Positions 35,369 through 44,134 are shown, counted from the first letter of the stretch. The stretch is 64,000 nucleotides of DNA from an uncultured Rhodospirillaceae bacterium (GCA_964458415.1 CAYWIT010000015.1:3192-67191), one strand, 5' to 3'. The notes: generated by a model not told the origin, from the sequence alone. Made by a program: numbers and translations.

Positions 35369-36673
35369 TCAGGCAACGGCGAATTTCATCAGCTTGATAG
35401 CTTCAAAATTCACGACGTCGCCGCCGACGCGTTTTGTCGTGTAGAACTTGACATACGGCTTGGCGGTGAAACTGTCGCGCAGGATGCGGGTTCCCTGACG
35501 ATCAACGATCTGATATCCGGCATTGAAATCGCCGAAAGCGATCGAAAGGCTGTTGGCTGCAATCGCCGGCATGTCCTCCGCTTCCATGACGTTGAACCCG
35601 AGCAGCGTGCCGCCCTGTTTCATCTGGAAGTCCGGCTGCCAGAGATAGTTTCCGGCCGTATCTTTCAGCTTGCGGACTTCGGCGAGGGTGGTGCGCTTCA
35701 TCATAAAGACGGCATTTTCGCGATAGGCGGATTTAAGGCCGAAGACAAGGTTGATCAGGGCATCACCCGGGTCTGTTGCGGCAAAGGCGCCGGCGGCACC
35801 GGAGGGGAGCTGCTCGATCACGGAAAATCCTGCAGCGCTGGGTGTTCCCGCGGCATAAGTCAGGAAACCGCGGGGCTTGCGTACGCCGTTTCCGCTGACA
35901 AAGGCCTCGTTCTCCATGCGGGTGAATTTTTCCGCGATTTTTCCGGCCAGCCATTCTTCGACGTTAAACAGGGCATCGTCGAGAAGTTTTTGTGTGGCGC
36001 GGGGCTCGGCATATTGTTCGTGAACGGGAATGCGGTATTCGCCGATTTTCGGTGCGGCGGTTTCCGTCCGGGTTTCCGTTTCCCCGACCCATCCGGAGGA
36101 GGCTTCATTGAGATCGTTAAAGCCCTCCAGAGCGTCCGTGCCAATAGTCAGGACATTGGCGACCTGCCGCAGCGGGGATGTTTCGCGCACCAGCGCGGCG
36201 ATACGTCCGGACATGTCCGGCGTGACGGCATAACCGCCATCGGGGTCCGAGCCGACGGCAAGAGCCTTGACCTCGTCGATAGCCGAACCTGCATTGTTCT
36301 TGCGCAGGTAATTGCTGAAAGAGGATTTATACTGGCGATAGGCATCAATGCCGAGCTCGCTCTGGCTATGGCCCTTGCGTTCCAGCAGGAAGGCCTCGGC
36401 TTCTTTCCATTCATCGCCGCCCATGCCGCGCGGCGAACGGCCCAGAGCGGTTTCAATCTGGTCAACACGGCGTTTGGCGGTGTCAGCGGCGTCAATCGCG
36501 CGGCTGATTTCGCTGTTCAGGCGGTTCACCTTCATTTCCGTCAGGGGATCGGCGGCGCCGCGGCGCTCGATTTCGCGCAAACGCTGGTCGTTGGCGTCCT
36601 TGAATGATTCAAAAGCGCGGCCAAGGTCATAAACCGTGGAACGTACGTCCGGATTACGGGTGTCATTTGTCAT
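35369..36673 (-). CDS. Major capsid protein, HK97 family (RcGTA g5-like)
   Basis: N-terminal coiled-coil scaffold; DGGYAV...SPLRQVA; PRATQKLLDDALFNVEEWL; AFVSGNG..KPRGFL; KPYVKFYTTKRVGG. Confidence 0.96.
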   Translation of the reverse strand: MTNDTRNPDVRSTVYDLGRAFESFKDANDQRLREIERRGAADPLTEMKVNRLNSEISRAIDAADTAKRRVDQIETALGRSPRGMGGDEWKEAEAFLLERKGHSQSELGIDAYRQYKSSFSNYLRKNNAGSAIDEVKALAVGSDPDGGYAVTPDMSGRIAALVRETSPLRQVANVLTIGTDALEGFNDLNEASSGWVGETETRTETAAPKIGEYRIPVHEQYAEPRATQKLLDDALFNVEEWLAGKIAEKFTRMENEAFVSGNGVRKPRGFLTYAAGTPSAAGFSVIEQLPSGAAGAFAATDPGDALINLVFGLKSAYRENAVFMMKRTTLAEVRKLKDTAGNYLWQPDFQMKQGGTLLGFNVMEAEDMPAIAANSLSIAFGDFNAGYQIVDRQGTRILRDSFTAKPYVKFYTTKRVGGDVVNFEAIKLMKFAVA

Positions 36674-36699
36674 GATGTGTCCTTTTGTAAGGGGGTGAT

Positions 36700-37389
36700 T
36701 TAATTTCCGGCCAGTCGCCGGAGCGTCTCCGTCAGCGCCGTAATGGCGTGAAGGTCGTCATCGTCTCCGCTTGCAGCCGCTTCCCGCGGCAGGAGGGATT
36801 TGTAGCCAAAGGAGAGAAGCCCTTTGGCTTGTTTGCGGCTCAGGCCTGCTTCCCGCAGGAAGGCCTCAAATTCACGTTCGGTGGGAACCCCTCCGGCGGC
36901 AAATGCCGATTTGACGCGCAGGATTCGTGCCGCGTCATTGGCCGGAAAGGTGACCATGGAAACCTCCAGCAGCGCGATATCCGTCAGGATACGCACACCG
37001 GATTTTTCGTCGAAATGGGATTCTCTTGTCCTGTAACCGATCGAGAGGCCGGTGACGACATTTTCGCGCAAAAGCTTCCAGGCCTCTTTTGCCCGCGGGA
37101 TATCATTGATAAAAAGCTCCCCCTTGACAAAAAGGCCGTGATTGTCCTCATGCATGTCCCGCCATGCTCCCAGCGGCTCCCGTATGTCATGCTGCCAGAG
37201 CAGCGGGGGCAATCTGTGCTCCGTCCTGAATTCCTGCAGGCTCTTGCTGAAAGCGCCTGGCGCAATCCTGTCGTGGACGGCATCGGTCATGTCAAAGACC
37301 GAGGCATATCCTTCAAAGACACCGGTTTCGGCAATGAATTTCAGTTCAAGCGGACTGTCAAAATGCGGATAAGAAAACAGGGATGTCAT
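36700..37389 (-). CDS. HK97-family prohead protease (RcGTA g4-like)
   Basis: FEGYASVF..D...D.I.PGAF, LLWQHD, GLSIGY, LLEVSMVTFPAN. Confidence 0.95.
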   Translation of the reverse strand: MTSLFSYPHFDSPLELKFIAETGVFEGYASVFDMTDAVHDRIAPGAFSKSLQEFRTEHRLPPLLWQHDIREPLGAWRDMHEDNHGLFVKGELFINDIPRAKEAWKLLRENVVTGLSIGYRTRESHFDEKSGVRILTDIALLEVSMVTFPANDAARILRVKSAFAAGGVPTEREFEAFLREAGLSRKQAKGLLSFGYKSLLPREAAASGDDDDLHAITALTETLRRLAGN

Positions 37390-37413
37390 ACAAGGCGCCT
37401 TTTCAGTGGAGTC

Positions 37414-37758
37414 TCAGGAAATAACCGGATCAATTTGAATCGGCCCTTCGGCAACGATCAGTCCGTCGCCGTTTTTCGTGATTTTAAGCTGGGCGAAAAA
37501 AACGCCGCGCAGAGGGCTGCCTTCCGCGGCAAGCTCCGCTGTATTGAAAGTGACAGAGGCGATATTGCCGGAAAGCGTTATGCCTGCGGTCTGCGTTTTT
37601 GTCACAAGTGCGGGTTCATCGGCATGGCGGGCAATTTTGTAAGTCGCTTCCGCGCCGTCAACGGGAACGGCGAGGCCGTTTTGATCGGTAATGGTAAAGA
37701 CAATATTGACCGGCTCCCCGCTTTTGGCGGAAATCAGGTTGTGTTTGATGCTGTGCAT
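37414..37758 (-). CDS. Ig-like / BppU-like virion accessory protein
   Basis: SD GAGG; SGE...I.FTITD..G..VP..GA.ATY.I pattern; beta-rich. Confidence 0.55.
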   Translation of the reverse strand: MHSIKHNLISAKSGEPVNIVFTITDQNGLAVPVDGAEATYKIARHADEPALVTKTQTAGITLSGNIASVTFNTAELAAEGSPLRGVFFAQLKITKNGDGLIVAEGPIQIDPVIS

Positions 37759-37766
37759 AAAGCCTC

Positions 37767-37985
37767 TCAGAACGAAATGGTAACGGGAATATTCTCGTCT
37801 TTGGAATAAAGCGCCTTTGCCGTTGTTGTGGCGGCAAAACACGCGGTATTGGCAGCGGTCTTGTCGAAAACTGCTTTGAGCGCAAAAACGCGATGGTGCA
37901 GGTAAAACGGCAGATCTGCCAGAGGGGAGATAGCAGTTCCTTCACTGCCGCCGACCGGCATGGTGCCAATGGCAAATCCTGGCAT
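37767..37985 (-). CDS. Small hypothetical virion-associated protein
   Basis: N-term MPGFAIGTMPVG resembles the G-F-x-P starts of small phage structural proteins; SD AAAGGA; tight packing. Confidence 0.5.
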   Translation of the reverse strand: MPGFAIGTMPVGGSEGTAISPLADLPFYLHHRVFALKAVFDKTAANTACFAATTTAKALYSKDENIPVTISF

Positions 37986-38009
37986 GGTTGATCCTTTAGG
38001 CCTGATGTT

Positions 38010-39074
38010 TTATGCGATCCAGGTATATGAACTGCCGGTTGTTCCGCCGCCACCGCCTGTGGGAAAGTCTATGGCGGAGATCAGGAGCCCGACCGCGGCG
38101 ATCCTTGTTGTGTCGTCAGTCCAGTCGCCTGTTCCCGTGGGGTCCTTGGCGCTGGTATAAAAACCGCGCACCCCATGCGTGTCTTGCGCCCGTATTGCGG
38201 CGCTGGCGTATTCACGGTAATAAAACGACAGGTTTGTAGCGGATGAAGGCTCGACGGCGATTCGATAATCGGTATTCGCCGAAAGCGCGACTTCTGCCGT
38301 AAAAAGCCGGTAGTTGAGCGTTCCTGTCGCGGTAACTGGCGTGTTGTCATCGTTTGTTACCGCAGCCAGCACCGTTACCCCGTCGGAATCGTACAGCTTT
38401 ATGACGGCAGGTCCGTCAAAGTCAGCAACGACCCATATTCCACTGGCTTTTGCGGCGTAGGGAATGTTGATAACGTTTCCGATAACGTCTGGCGTCGAGG
38501 TGTTGTTATAGGTTGCAAGGTAATTTGTGCTTCCTACGCCATGAATTCCCTCCATCGGGTAATATCCGTTGGTGGAAAAGTAGAGCGCGGCGACAATGCC
38601 GGCAGCTGTGAAAGAGGCCCAGGACGTTGTATATGCGGACAATGTGGGAAAGCCGAGCTTGTCAAATTCGGAACCGGTGGAATAATGTATTTGTCCGGCA
38701 AAAGTTCCGCTGCCTCTGGTGATGACGACCGCAAATATATCTCCAGCCGTCAATGCCGCACCAGCGGTCAGCGTTACTTCAAACCATGTATTATCGTCGG
38801 TGGCGTTGATTGTTTGCGTTACATTGGTATTGGTTCCCCAAAGCGTGCCTGTCGGAAATCCGCTGCTGTCAACGGTCTCGATTCTGATATCAAGATCGCC
38901 GCTTGTCGTCACTGTTTTGGTAAAAAAGCCGACTTTGGTCAGGGTGTCTGTAACGGGGGCATTAAATATGAAAGCTGTCTTTTCACCATCGGCGTCAATT
39001 GTGGTATTTCCCAGTGACGGAATGCCCCCCATGGCTTTGGGAATTTCCAACCCGTAAATGGTCTGATACGTCAT
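38010..39074 (-). CDS. Beta-rich fibre/spike-like virion protein (354 aa)
   Basis: T/G/A/S-rich with two similar halves (TLTAGAALTAGDIFAVVI; EVALSANTDYRIAV); ends GGGGGTTGSSYTWIA; visibly lower GC. Confidence 0.6.
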   Translation of the reverse strand: MTYQTIYGLEIPKAMGGIPSLGNTTIDADGEKTAFIFNAPVTDTLTKVGFFTKTVTTSGDLDIRIETVDSSGFPTGTLWGTNTNVTQTINATDDNTWFEVTLTAGAALTAGDIFAVVITRGSGTFAGQIHYSTGSEFDKLGFPTLSAYTTSWASFTAAGIVAALYFSTNGYYPMEGIHGVGSTNYLATYNNTSTPDVIGNVINIPYAAKASGIWVVADFDGPAVIKLYDSDGVTVLAAVTNDDNTPVTATGTLNYRLFTAEVALSANTDYRIAVEPSSATNLSFYYREYASAAIRAQDTHGVRGFYTSAKDPTGTGDWTDDTTRIAAVGLLISAIDFPTGGGGGTTGSSYTWIA

Positions 39075-39173
39075 GCTGTTGCCTCGATTTCAAATTTGAA
39101 GGGCCGGTCATTGCCGCCAACGGCTATAAAATTCCGGCGGCGCATTCTGCCGAAAATTTCAGGAGGGTATAGA

Positions 39174-40373
39174 TCATGTTCGCGTTCCTTTCACAATGAC
39201 TGAAACTTTCGTCACGGTTGTCGCGCTATCGACGTTAAAGGCGATGACATCACCGGCAGAGACGGCTGTCGTCCATGTGGAAAGGGCATTATCCTGATTT
39301 TTCTGCGCGGAGGAAAGCGTCGGCTTTTCTGTGCCGGCAATCGTGTCGGCCGCCGTCGGCGGAAAGTTGGCGTAGCTATCTTTCCAGACATCGATAATAA
39401 TTGAGCCGGGTTGATCGGCGAGGATATCCCATCCCGTGACAGTCATCGCGTAGGGAACTGTAATATAGCCTTTCACGCCTGTCGTAATCGCGGTGCCGCC
39501 GCCATCGATCGTGATGCCGAACGCCGCAGCCAGAACATTGCCTGAAGCCGAAATTGTCGGGTTTCCCGAGACGCCATCTCCGTCCGAAACTGCAATCCCC
39601 GCGCCAGCAGTAATTGTGCGGCCGGTAAAGGTATCGGTGGCGATCTGTGTCAGCAATCCGCTTGCACTATGGGCGGCCAGCGCAGTCAGGGTAGCGTCGG
39701 CGGGCTGGTACACGCCGTTGTGGTTATGCGCCGCAGCGGCATAGCGGGCATCGGCATCCGCCCGCGTCGGGATATCGCTTGCGTTCGCAACGCCCATCAG
39801 GCGTTTGGCGAAGATATCCGCCGCTGTTTGCTCTATCAGGCCAGCTGTTGCGTCAAGCCCTGCCAGAGAGGTCAGGGTTGTATCCGCGGCCTGCTTGGCG
39901 GCAAGCAGGGTATCTGTTTGCGGGGCGGTGTAGTAATTGACGGCATTTTGTGCCGCCATGGTGCCGGCATCGCTGATCTGAGCCAAAAGATGCGTGTGGC
40001 CCAGAGAGGCTTTGCCATCAAGGGCGGCCTGCAGTCCGGAGACGCTGGGAATACTGAGGGGCAAAATAGCCTGATATTGCGTAGGGATATCGTTTATCGC
40101 CTCTTTTTCACCGGCAGAAAAATTGACAGCGGTGCCGCTGTTGCTCGAGGCTATGATAGTATCACGGGCAAGGGTCGTCGCATCCTGCAAGTGCCCGGTT
40201 CCGATCTCCCATTCAGACGCCGTTGTATGGCTGATGAAATAGAAGAACATATCGCTGCCGCCGGTACCAAAGGCCTGATAAAAGGATTGCCGGCCTGCCA
40301 GCGCGGATAGGGTGATATTCCCCGCTCCTTCCGAGGTTGTGCGTTGATGCACAAGGTTTGATATCAGTGCCAT
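39174..40373 (-). CDS. Modular fibre-like virion protein (399 aa)
   Basis: N-term MALISNLVHQRTT..G.G.ITL...EWEIG.G...TL.RDTI..SSN.G.AVNFSAG.K (widespread phage fibre N-domain); internal repeat; C-term GITIDGGG.AITTG.KGY domain. Confidence 0.7.
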   Translation of the reverse strand: MALISNLVHQRTTSEGAGNITLSALAGRQSFYQAFGTGGSDMFFYFISHTTASEWEIGTGHLQDATTLARDTIIASSNSGTAVNFSAGEKEAINDIPTQYQAILPLSIPSVSGLQAALDGKASLGHTHLLAQISDAGTMAAQNAVNYYTAPQTDTLLAAKQAADTTLTSLAGLDATAGLIEQTAADIFAKRLMGVANASDIPTRADADARYAAAAHNHNGVYQPADATLTALAAHSASGLLTQIATDTFTGRTITAGAGIAVSDGDGVSGNPTISASGNVLAAAFGITIDGGGTAITTGVKGYITVPYAMTVTGWDILADQPGSIIIDVWKDSYANFPPTAADTIAGTEKPTLSSAQKNQDNALSTWTTAVSAGDVIAFNVDSATTVTKVSVIVKGTRT

Positions 40374-40420
40374 AGCGGGGTCCTTGTTTTTCCAGCGGGT
40401 GTTTTGCTTGGGCTCTTGGC

Positions 40421-41629
40421 CTAGCCGAGGTTGTCGCCGCCCTTCAGGGGGGGCAGGCCGAATTTTTCTCTTTTTTCGTTAACCGTCATAAATCCGGCGC
40501 TTGATATTTTTTCCCAGTAACGATCCCGCCGCGGCGCCAGCGCCTCGATTGCGTCCAGATCAAAATCAAGAACAAGATTTTCACCGAATTTTGGCGCCAG
40601 CCAGCCGTTGAATTCGTCACGGATATGGCCCAGCAGGGGCAGCACGGCATCATCGAAGAGCGCCAGACGGGCTTGTTCAAAGTTGGCAAAGGTCAGCGAG
40701 CCGTCAATGCCGATAAGTTGGGGCGGAATGTGAAAGGCCAGCGCGATTTCGCGTGCCGAGCCGTCCTTGCCGGCGAGCCAGTCCATTTCCTTTGGCGAGA
40801 GGGACATTTCCCGCCAGTCCAGCCCGCCTTCAAGAACAAGCGGGCGGCCGGCATTGGCGGAGCCTGAAAAATACTGTTCGAGTTCCGCCTTCAGGGTTTG
40901 CCGTTGTGCTTCTGTCAGGCTATCCGGAGAATCCGGATGGGCGGGGTTAAAGACCAGTGCGCCGGAGGGGCGTCCGCTCATCTGCAAAAGCGCGGCGTTC
41001 CATTTCGCGGCATCATTATGCTGGTCGATACTAATGGCCGCGGCCTCCAGCGGGCTCATCCCGTACCAGTCGTCCAGCGGATGGAAAGCTTTTAAATGCA
41101 GGATTTCAGCCTGTCCGGTCAGCGGGCTGGCCGGAAATTCAACGGTTCTTCCGCCAGCCTGATAACGGTAGGAAGCTGGCAAACCGTGATTGCCGGGCAC
41201 AATACGCATCCGGTCCGGGCGCAAGGCCCAGAGTTCAAGCGGCGGGCCGCCGCCGGGGCTGACAGCTTCGATATAGCTGTTTCCGGAGATCAGGTAAAAT
41301 CCAGCCAGCGCTTCAAAGAACTCGGCCCGTGCTTGCAGTGGATTGGGCCGTGCCAGCAAGGAAAGCAGGGGGTGGTCTGTTAGTCTTGTTTTTGTTTCTC
41401 CGCCGGTTTCAAAAAGCCGCCAGGGAACAGAGGCCAGATTCTGGCTGATCAGCTTGATACAGCGATAGGCGATGACGTTTTTCTGGAAGCCTTCCTCGGC
41501 AAGCCGGTCGTACTGGCGCGGCGTGAAGCGGGCCTGCCGCGTACCCAGTTGTACCAGTAAAGGGCCGGTCCGGCTGGCTTTGGCTTCGCGCCGTAAGAAA
41601 CGGTCAAAAGGATTGAAGGCGCGCGTCAT
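40421..41629 (-). CDS. Portal protein, HK97 family (RcGTA g3-like)
   Basis: EEGFQKNVIAYRCI; HPLL.LL.RPNP; LRPDRM; LHLKAFHPLDDWYGMSPL; RPSGAL; GIDGSLTFANFEQAR. Confidence 0.96.
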   Translation of the reverse strand: MTRAFNPFDRFLRREAKASRTGPLLVQLGTRQARFTPRQYDRLAEEGFQKNVIAYRCIKLISQNLASVPWRLFETGGETKTRLTDHPLLSLLARPNPLQARAEFFEALAGFYLISGNSYIEAVSPGGGPPLELWALRPDRMRIVPGNHGLPASYRYQAGGRTVEFPASPLTGQAEILHLKAFHPLDDWYGMSPLEAAAISIDQHNDAAKWNAALLQMSGRPSGALVFNPAHPDSPDSLTEAQRQTLKAELEQYFSGSANAGRPLVLEGGLDWREMSLSPKEMDWLAGKDGSAREIALAFHIPPQLIGIDGSLTFANFEQARLALFDDAVLPLLGHIRDEFNGWLAPKFGENLVLDFDLDAIEALAPRRDRYWEKISSAGFMTVNEKREKFGLPPLKGGDNLG

Positions 41630-41648
41630 GAATGTCTCCTTTGGAAAA

Positions 41649-43085
41649 TCAGCCTCCCCAGACGCGGGGGCCGTTGTGGGGTCGTTGCGACAGCAGCAGA
41701 TCCGTTATCGCCCAGACCCGTGCATCGACGCGGTCCGGGCTTTTGCCGTTGATAGCCGGATTAAAGCGGCACAGCTGGTCTTCCAGCTGCGGGAAATGCC
41801 CTGCATGGTGAATACGTCCATCGGCGTCGAGGGCGGCCACCGGTTCCGCGCGTATAATTTTCCCGCGGCTGGCATGAACGGCTTTGTAGGAAACAGCGGC
41901 GTCAAAGCTGCGCAAGGTATGCGCGACAAGATCGCCGCCCTGATTGACTTCCGCGACAACGCGGTCCGCCTGATAAATGTGGTAGGCCTCAATGATGCGG
42001 CGCGCCCATTCCGCCGGGGCATAGGTGCCGCTCAGATCGGCCAGAATATAGGCATGGTCGTCCGTGCCGAGACCTGCCACGATAATTCCCGTTTCGTCGC
42101 TTTTCTCATGGCTGGTGACAGCGGGATCCACCGCGACAATGATGCGGCGGAATTCCGGCAGGGCGTGGGAAGGGCGGCGGTTGCGGTCAAGCATGTCACG
42201 GGTCCAGAGCGCGCCGGGGGCAGCGGAATCGAAAGCTTCTTCCACCGTTGCGGGGTATTCGCGGCGAAAGGTCCAGATATTGCCAAGTTCGGATATTTTA
42301 ATCTGCCGCCAGAACATCTGGGCCGGATCAAGACCGAATGTTTCCGCATAGCTGCGCTCTTCCGGGGTCAGCTGGAAATCCGCGGGGGGCATCCTGCGGT
42401 ATTCGTCCTGCCAGAACCAGGGCACGAAGATAAAGCGAAAGCTGGAAGCGTTATGCAGCGCGTCCTGCGCCAGCGTGTAGAAAAATCCCGCGTCCCCCGC
42501 AGAGGTGCTCTCCAGAATGATCTCAGTGTCCGGCAGATCCGGCACGGCTTGCAGAATGCCGGAAATATGTTCCTCGGCGTGGGGCCAGAAGGCGACTTCC
42601 GAGCCGTGAAAATACTGCAAGGTGGCGGATCTGCCGATGCCCTGCGCGCGGGCGGTGCCGACGGAATAGCCACTGTCTAGCCGGTCAAAAACAAGCTCCC
42701 GGCTGTTGGCAAGAGAGGTATGCGGCCGCACGGGAACGGGGCAGTGGTCATGGAACCGTCGTGCGATCTGGTAGATATTGCGCGAAGCTTCCTCCAGATG
42801 CGTGAGGATAAAAGCCCGCACGCCCTTGCGGTGGCTGACTTTCCAGTAAAAGCGGGCCTCGACATAGGTCGAGCAGCCCTGCTGCCGTCCTTTCAGGATA
42901 ATGGCACGGATGCGGCCCTCCTTCTGCAGCTGTTCCTCAAGGGCCCGGTGAATGAATTGCTGGGCCGTATTGAGGGCAAGCGGCAGGATCTGGCCATTTT
43001 TACTGCGGATCTTCAGGCATTTTTCGGCGTAGTGGACAAAGTCGTTTTTTAGCCGCTGGCGGAGCCGGCGTTCCCGGAGGTTCAT
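41649..43085 (-). CDS. Terminase large subunit (apparently chimeric ATPase + GTA-type nuclease)
   Basis: Walker A region LKGRQQGCSTY; Walker B FHGSEVAFW; EST coupling motif; nuclease IVAVDPAV...DETGII...AEVNQGG...RAEPVA...SPDRVDA. Confidence 0.93.
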   Translation of the reverse strand: MNLRERRLRQRLKNDFVHYAEKCLKIRSKNGQILPLALNTAQQFIHRALEEQLQKEGRIRAIILKGRQQGCSTYVEARFYWKVSHRKGVRAFILTHLEEASRNIYQIARRFHDHCPVPVRPHTSLANSRELVFDRLDSGYSVGTARAQGIGRSATLQYFHGSEVAFWPHAEEHISGILQAVPDLPDTEIILESTSAGDAGFFYTLAQDALHNASSFRFIFVPWFWQDEYRRMPPADFQLTPEERSYAETFGLDPAQMFWRQIKISELGNIWTFRREYPATVEEAFDSAAPGALWTRDMLDRNRRPSHALPEFRRIIVAVDPAVTSHEKSDETGIIVAGLGTDDHAYILADLSGTYAPAEWARRIIEAYHIYQADRVVAEVNQGGDLVAHTLRSFDAAVSYKAVHASRGKIIRAEPVAALDADGRIHHAGHFPQLEDQLCRFNPAINGKSPDRVDARVWAITDLLLSQRPHNGPRVWGG

Positions 43086-43098
43086 GGGTGAAATCCTG

Positions 43099-43389
43099 TT
43101 ATTCCAGCAGGCCCAGCGCTTCTTCATGCGGCGCGCCATCGATTTCGGGCGCGGTGCGGCGGGCGGCTTCCGAAATATCCGGCAGTGTTTTTTTGAGCAG
43201 GGCCAGCGCCGCGCTGACCTGTGTCGAGGTCATCTCTTTCTTGCCGAGAACATGTTGTTCCAGCGCTTCGATCAGGGCATGCACATTGATTTTGTCACGC
43301 AGGTTTTTTTCGGGGGTCTTTTTTTTCGGGGATTTTTTCAGGCGTCGCGTCGCCGGACGCCTTGTTTTGGAGTCTTTTTTTGCGGGCAT
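43099..43389 (-). CDS. Putative terminase small subunit
   Basis: Immediately upstream of terL; basic N-term; L..HVLG..EMT.TQV.AA..LLKKTLPD motif. Confidence 0.6.
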   Translation of the reverse strand: MPAKKDSKTRRPATRRLKKSPKKKTPEKNLRDKINVHALIEALEQHVLGKKEMTSTQVSAALALLKKTLPDISEAARRTAPEIDGAPHEEALGLLE

Positions 43390-43454
43390 GGGAAATGGGG
43401 AATGAGGGTATAAAAAACGCGGCATCCGAAGGAAATCCGCGTGGTGTCTACATT

Positions 43455-43513
43455 TGCTCATTTACAATTCTTGAGCATGAATAAATCATGCCAGAAATGA
43501 TCCCGGCCGTCAA
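43455..43513 (-). promoter_or_regulatory. Putative promoter of the virion cluster with overlapping inverted repeats
   Basis: Minus strand TTGACG (43513-43508)-N17-CATGAT (43490-43485); GCATGA-N5-TCATGC (43475-43491) and TGCTCA-N11-TGAGCA (43455-43477). Confidence 0.5.
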
Positions 43514-43555
43514 GAAGAAAAATCGATTTCAATTTTTATTTTCCGGACGCTTGCG

Positions 43556-44083
43556 CTACTGCGCCTGTTTCAGGGCCTCTTCCATTTTTTCTGCTGCTGG
43601 TTCTTTTGTCGCGGCGTTCTCCGGCGCGGTGCCTTCTGCCGTGCCTTCTGCCGTGTCATGGGCCGTGCCGGCAGGGGCAGGGGCAGCTGCGGGAGTTTTC
43701 GCTTCTTGTTTGGCGGCCCTCTTCCCCTTGGCGTCCTTCATCCGTTGGATTTTTATCAGGCGGTCATGACACAGGGTATAAGCATCATAGGCATACATGT
43801 AACTGGCACAGGGGTCTGTGATTTTCTGCGTGCTGTCATTCGTTGCGGGCAATGGGGCGGCTGCAGCGGGGGCGGTTACAGCGGGGGCGGCTGCAGGCGG
43901 ATTTTCGACTGGGTTTTGCGGTGTAGGGGTTTTTTCTCCGCCGCTATATCCGGAATAACCGGCGGCGCTTTGGGATTGACCCGGGCCACCGTAATTCTGG
44001 GCGGGGGCCGCCGCAGACAGTGAAATTGCCAGCAGGCAGCAAAGAACCGGAAAAATAACGCGCACGTCCATTAAGGCCTCCAT
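43556..44083 (-). CDS. Secreted Pro/Ala-rich hypothetical protein
   Basis: Signal peptide; low-complexity arms around a small two-Cys helical core (DPCASY...TLCHDR). Confidence 0.7.
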   Translation of the reverse strand: MEALMDVRVIFPVLCCLLAISLSAAAPAQNYGGPGQSQSAAGYSGYSGGEKTPTPQNPVENPPAAAPAVTAPAAAAPLPATNDSTQKITDPCASYMYAYDAYTLCHDRLIKIQRMKDAKGKRAAKQEAKTPAAAPAPAGTAHDTAEGTAEGTAPENAATKEPAAEKMEEALKQAQ

Positions 44084-44134
44084 ATTTCTTTTTATTCTCG
44101 CATAATGTTATTAAGAAGTCCCCAATTCCGGCGC

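Larger units (their letters stand above)
22558..43513 (-). mobile_element. Gene-transfer-agent-like / domesticated prophage virion-assembly cluster (terS to spanins)
   Basis: Contiguous minus-strand packaging, head, tail, tail-tip and lysis genes in RcGTA-like order; no integrase, repressor or replication gene on either flank; composition similar to host. Confidence 0.85.

Noticed and set aside
22558-43461. Contractile injection system or tailocin interpretation
   Set aside because: No sheath or baseplate wedge genes; complete head, portal and terminase are present, so it is a DNA-packaging, non-contractile particle
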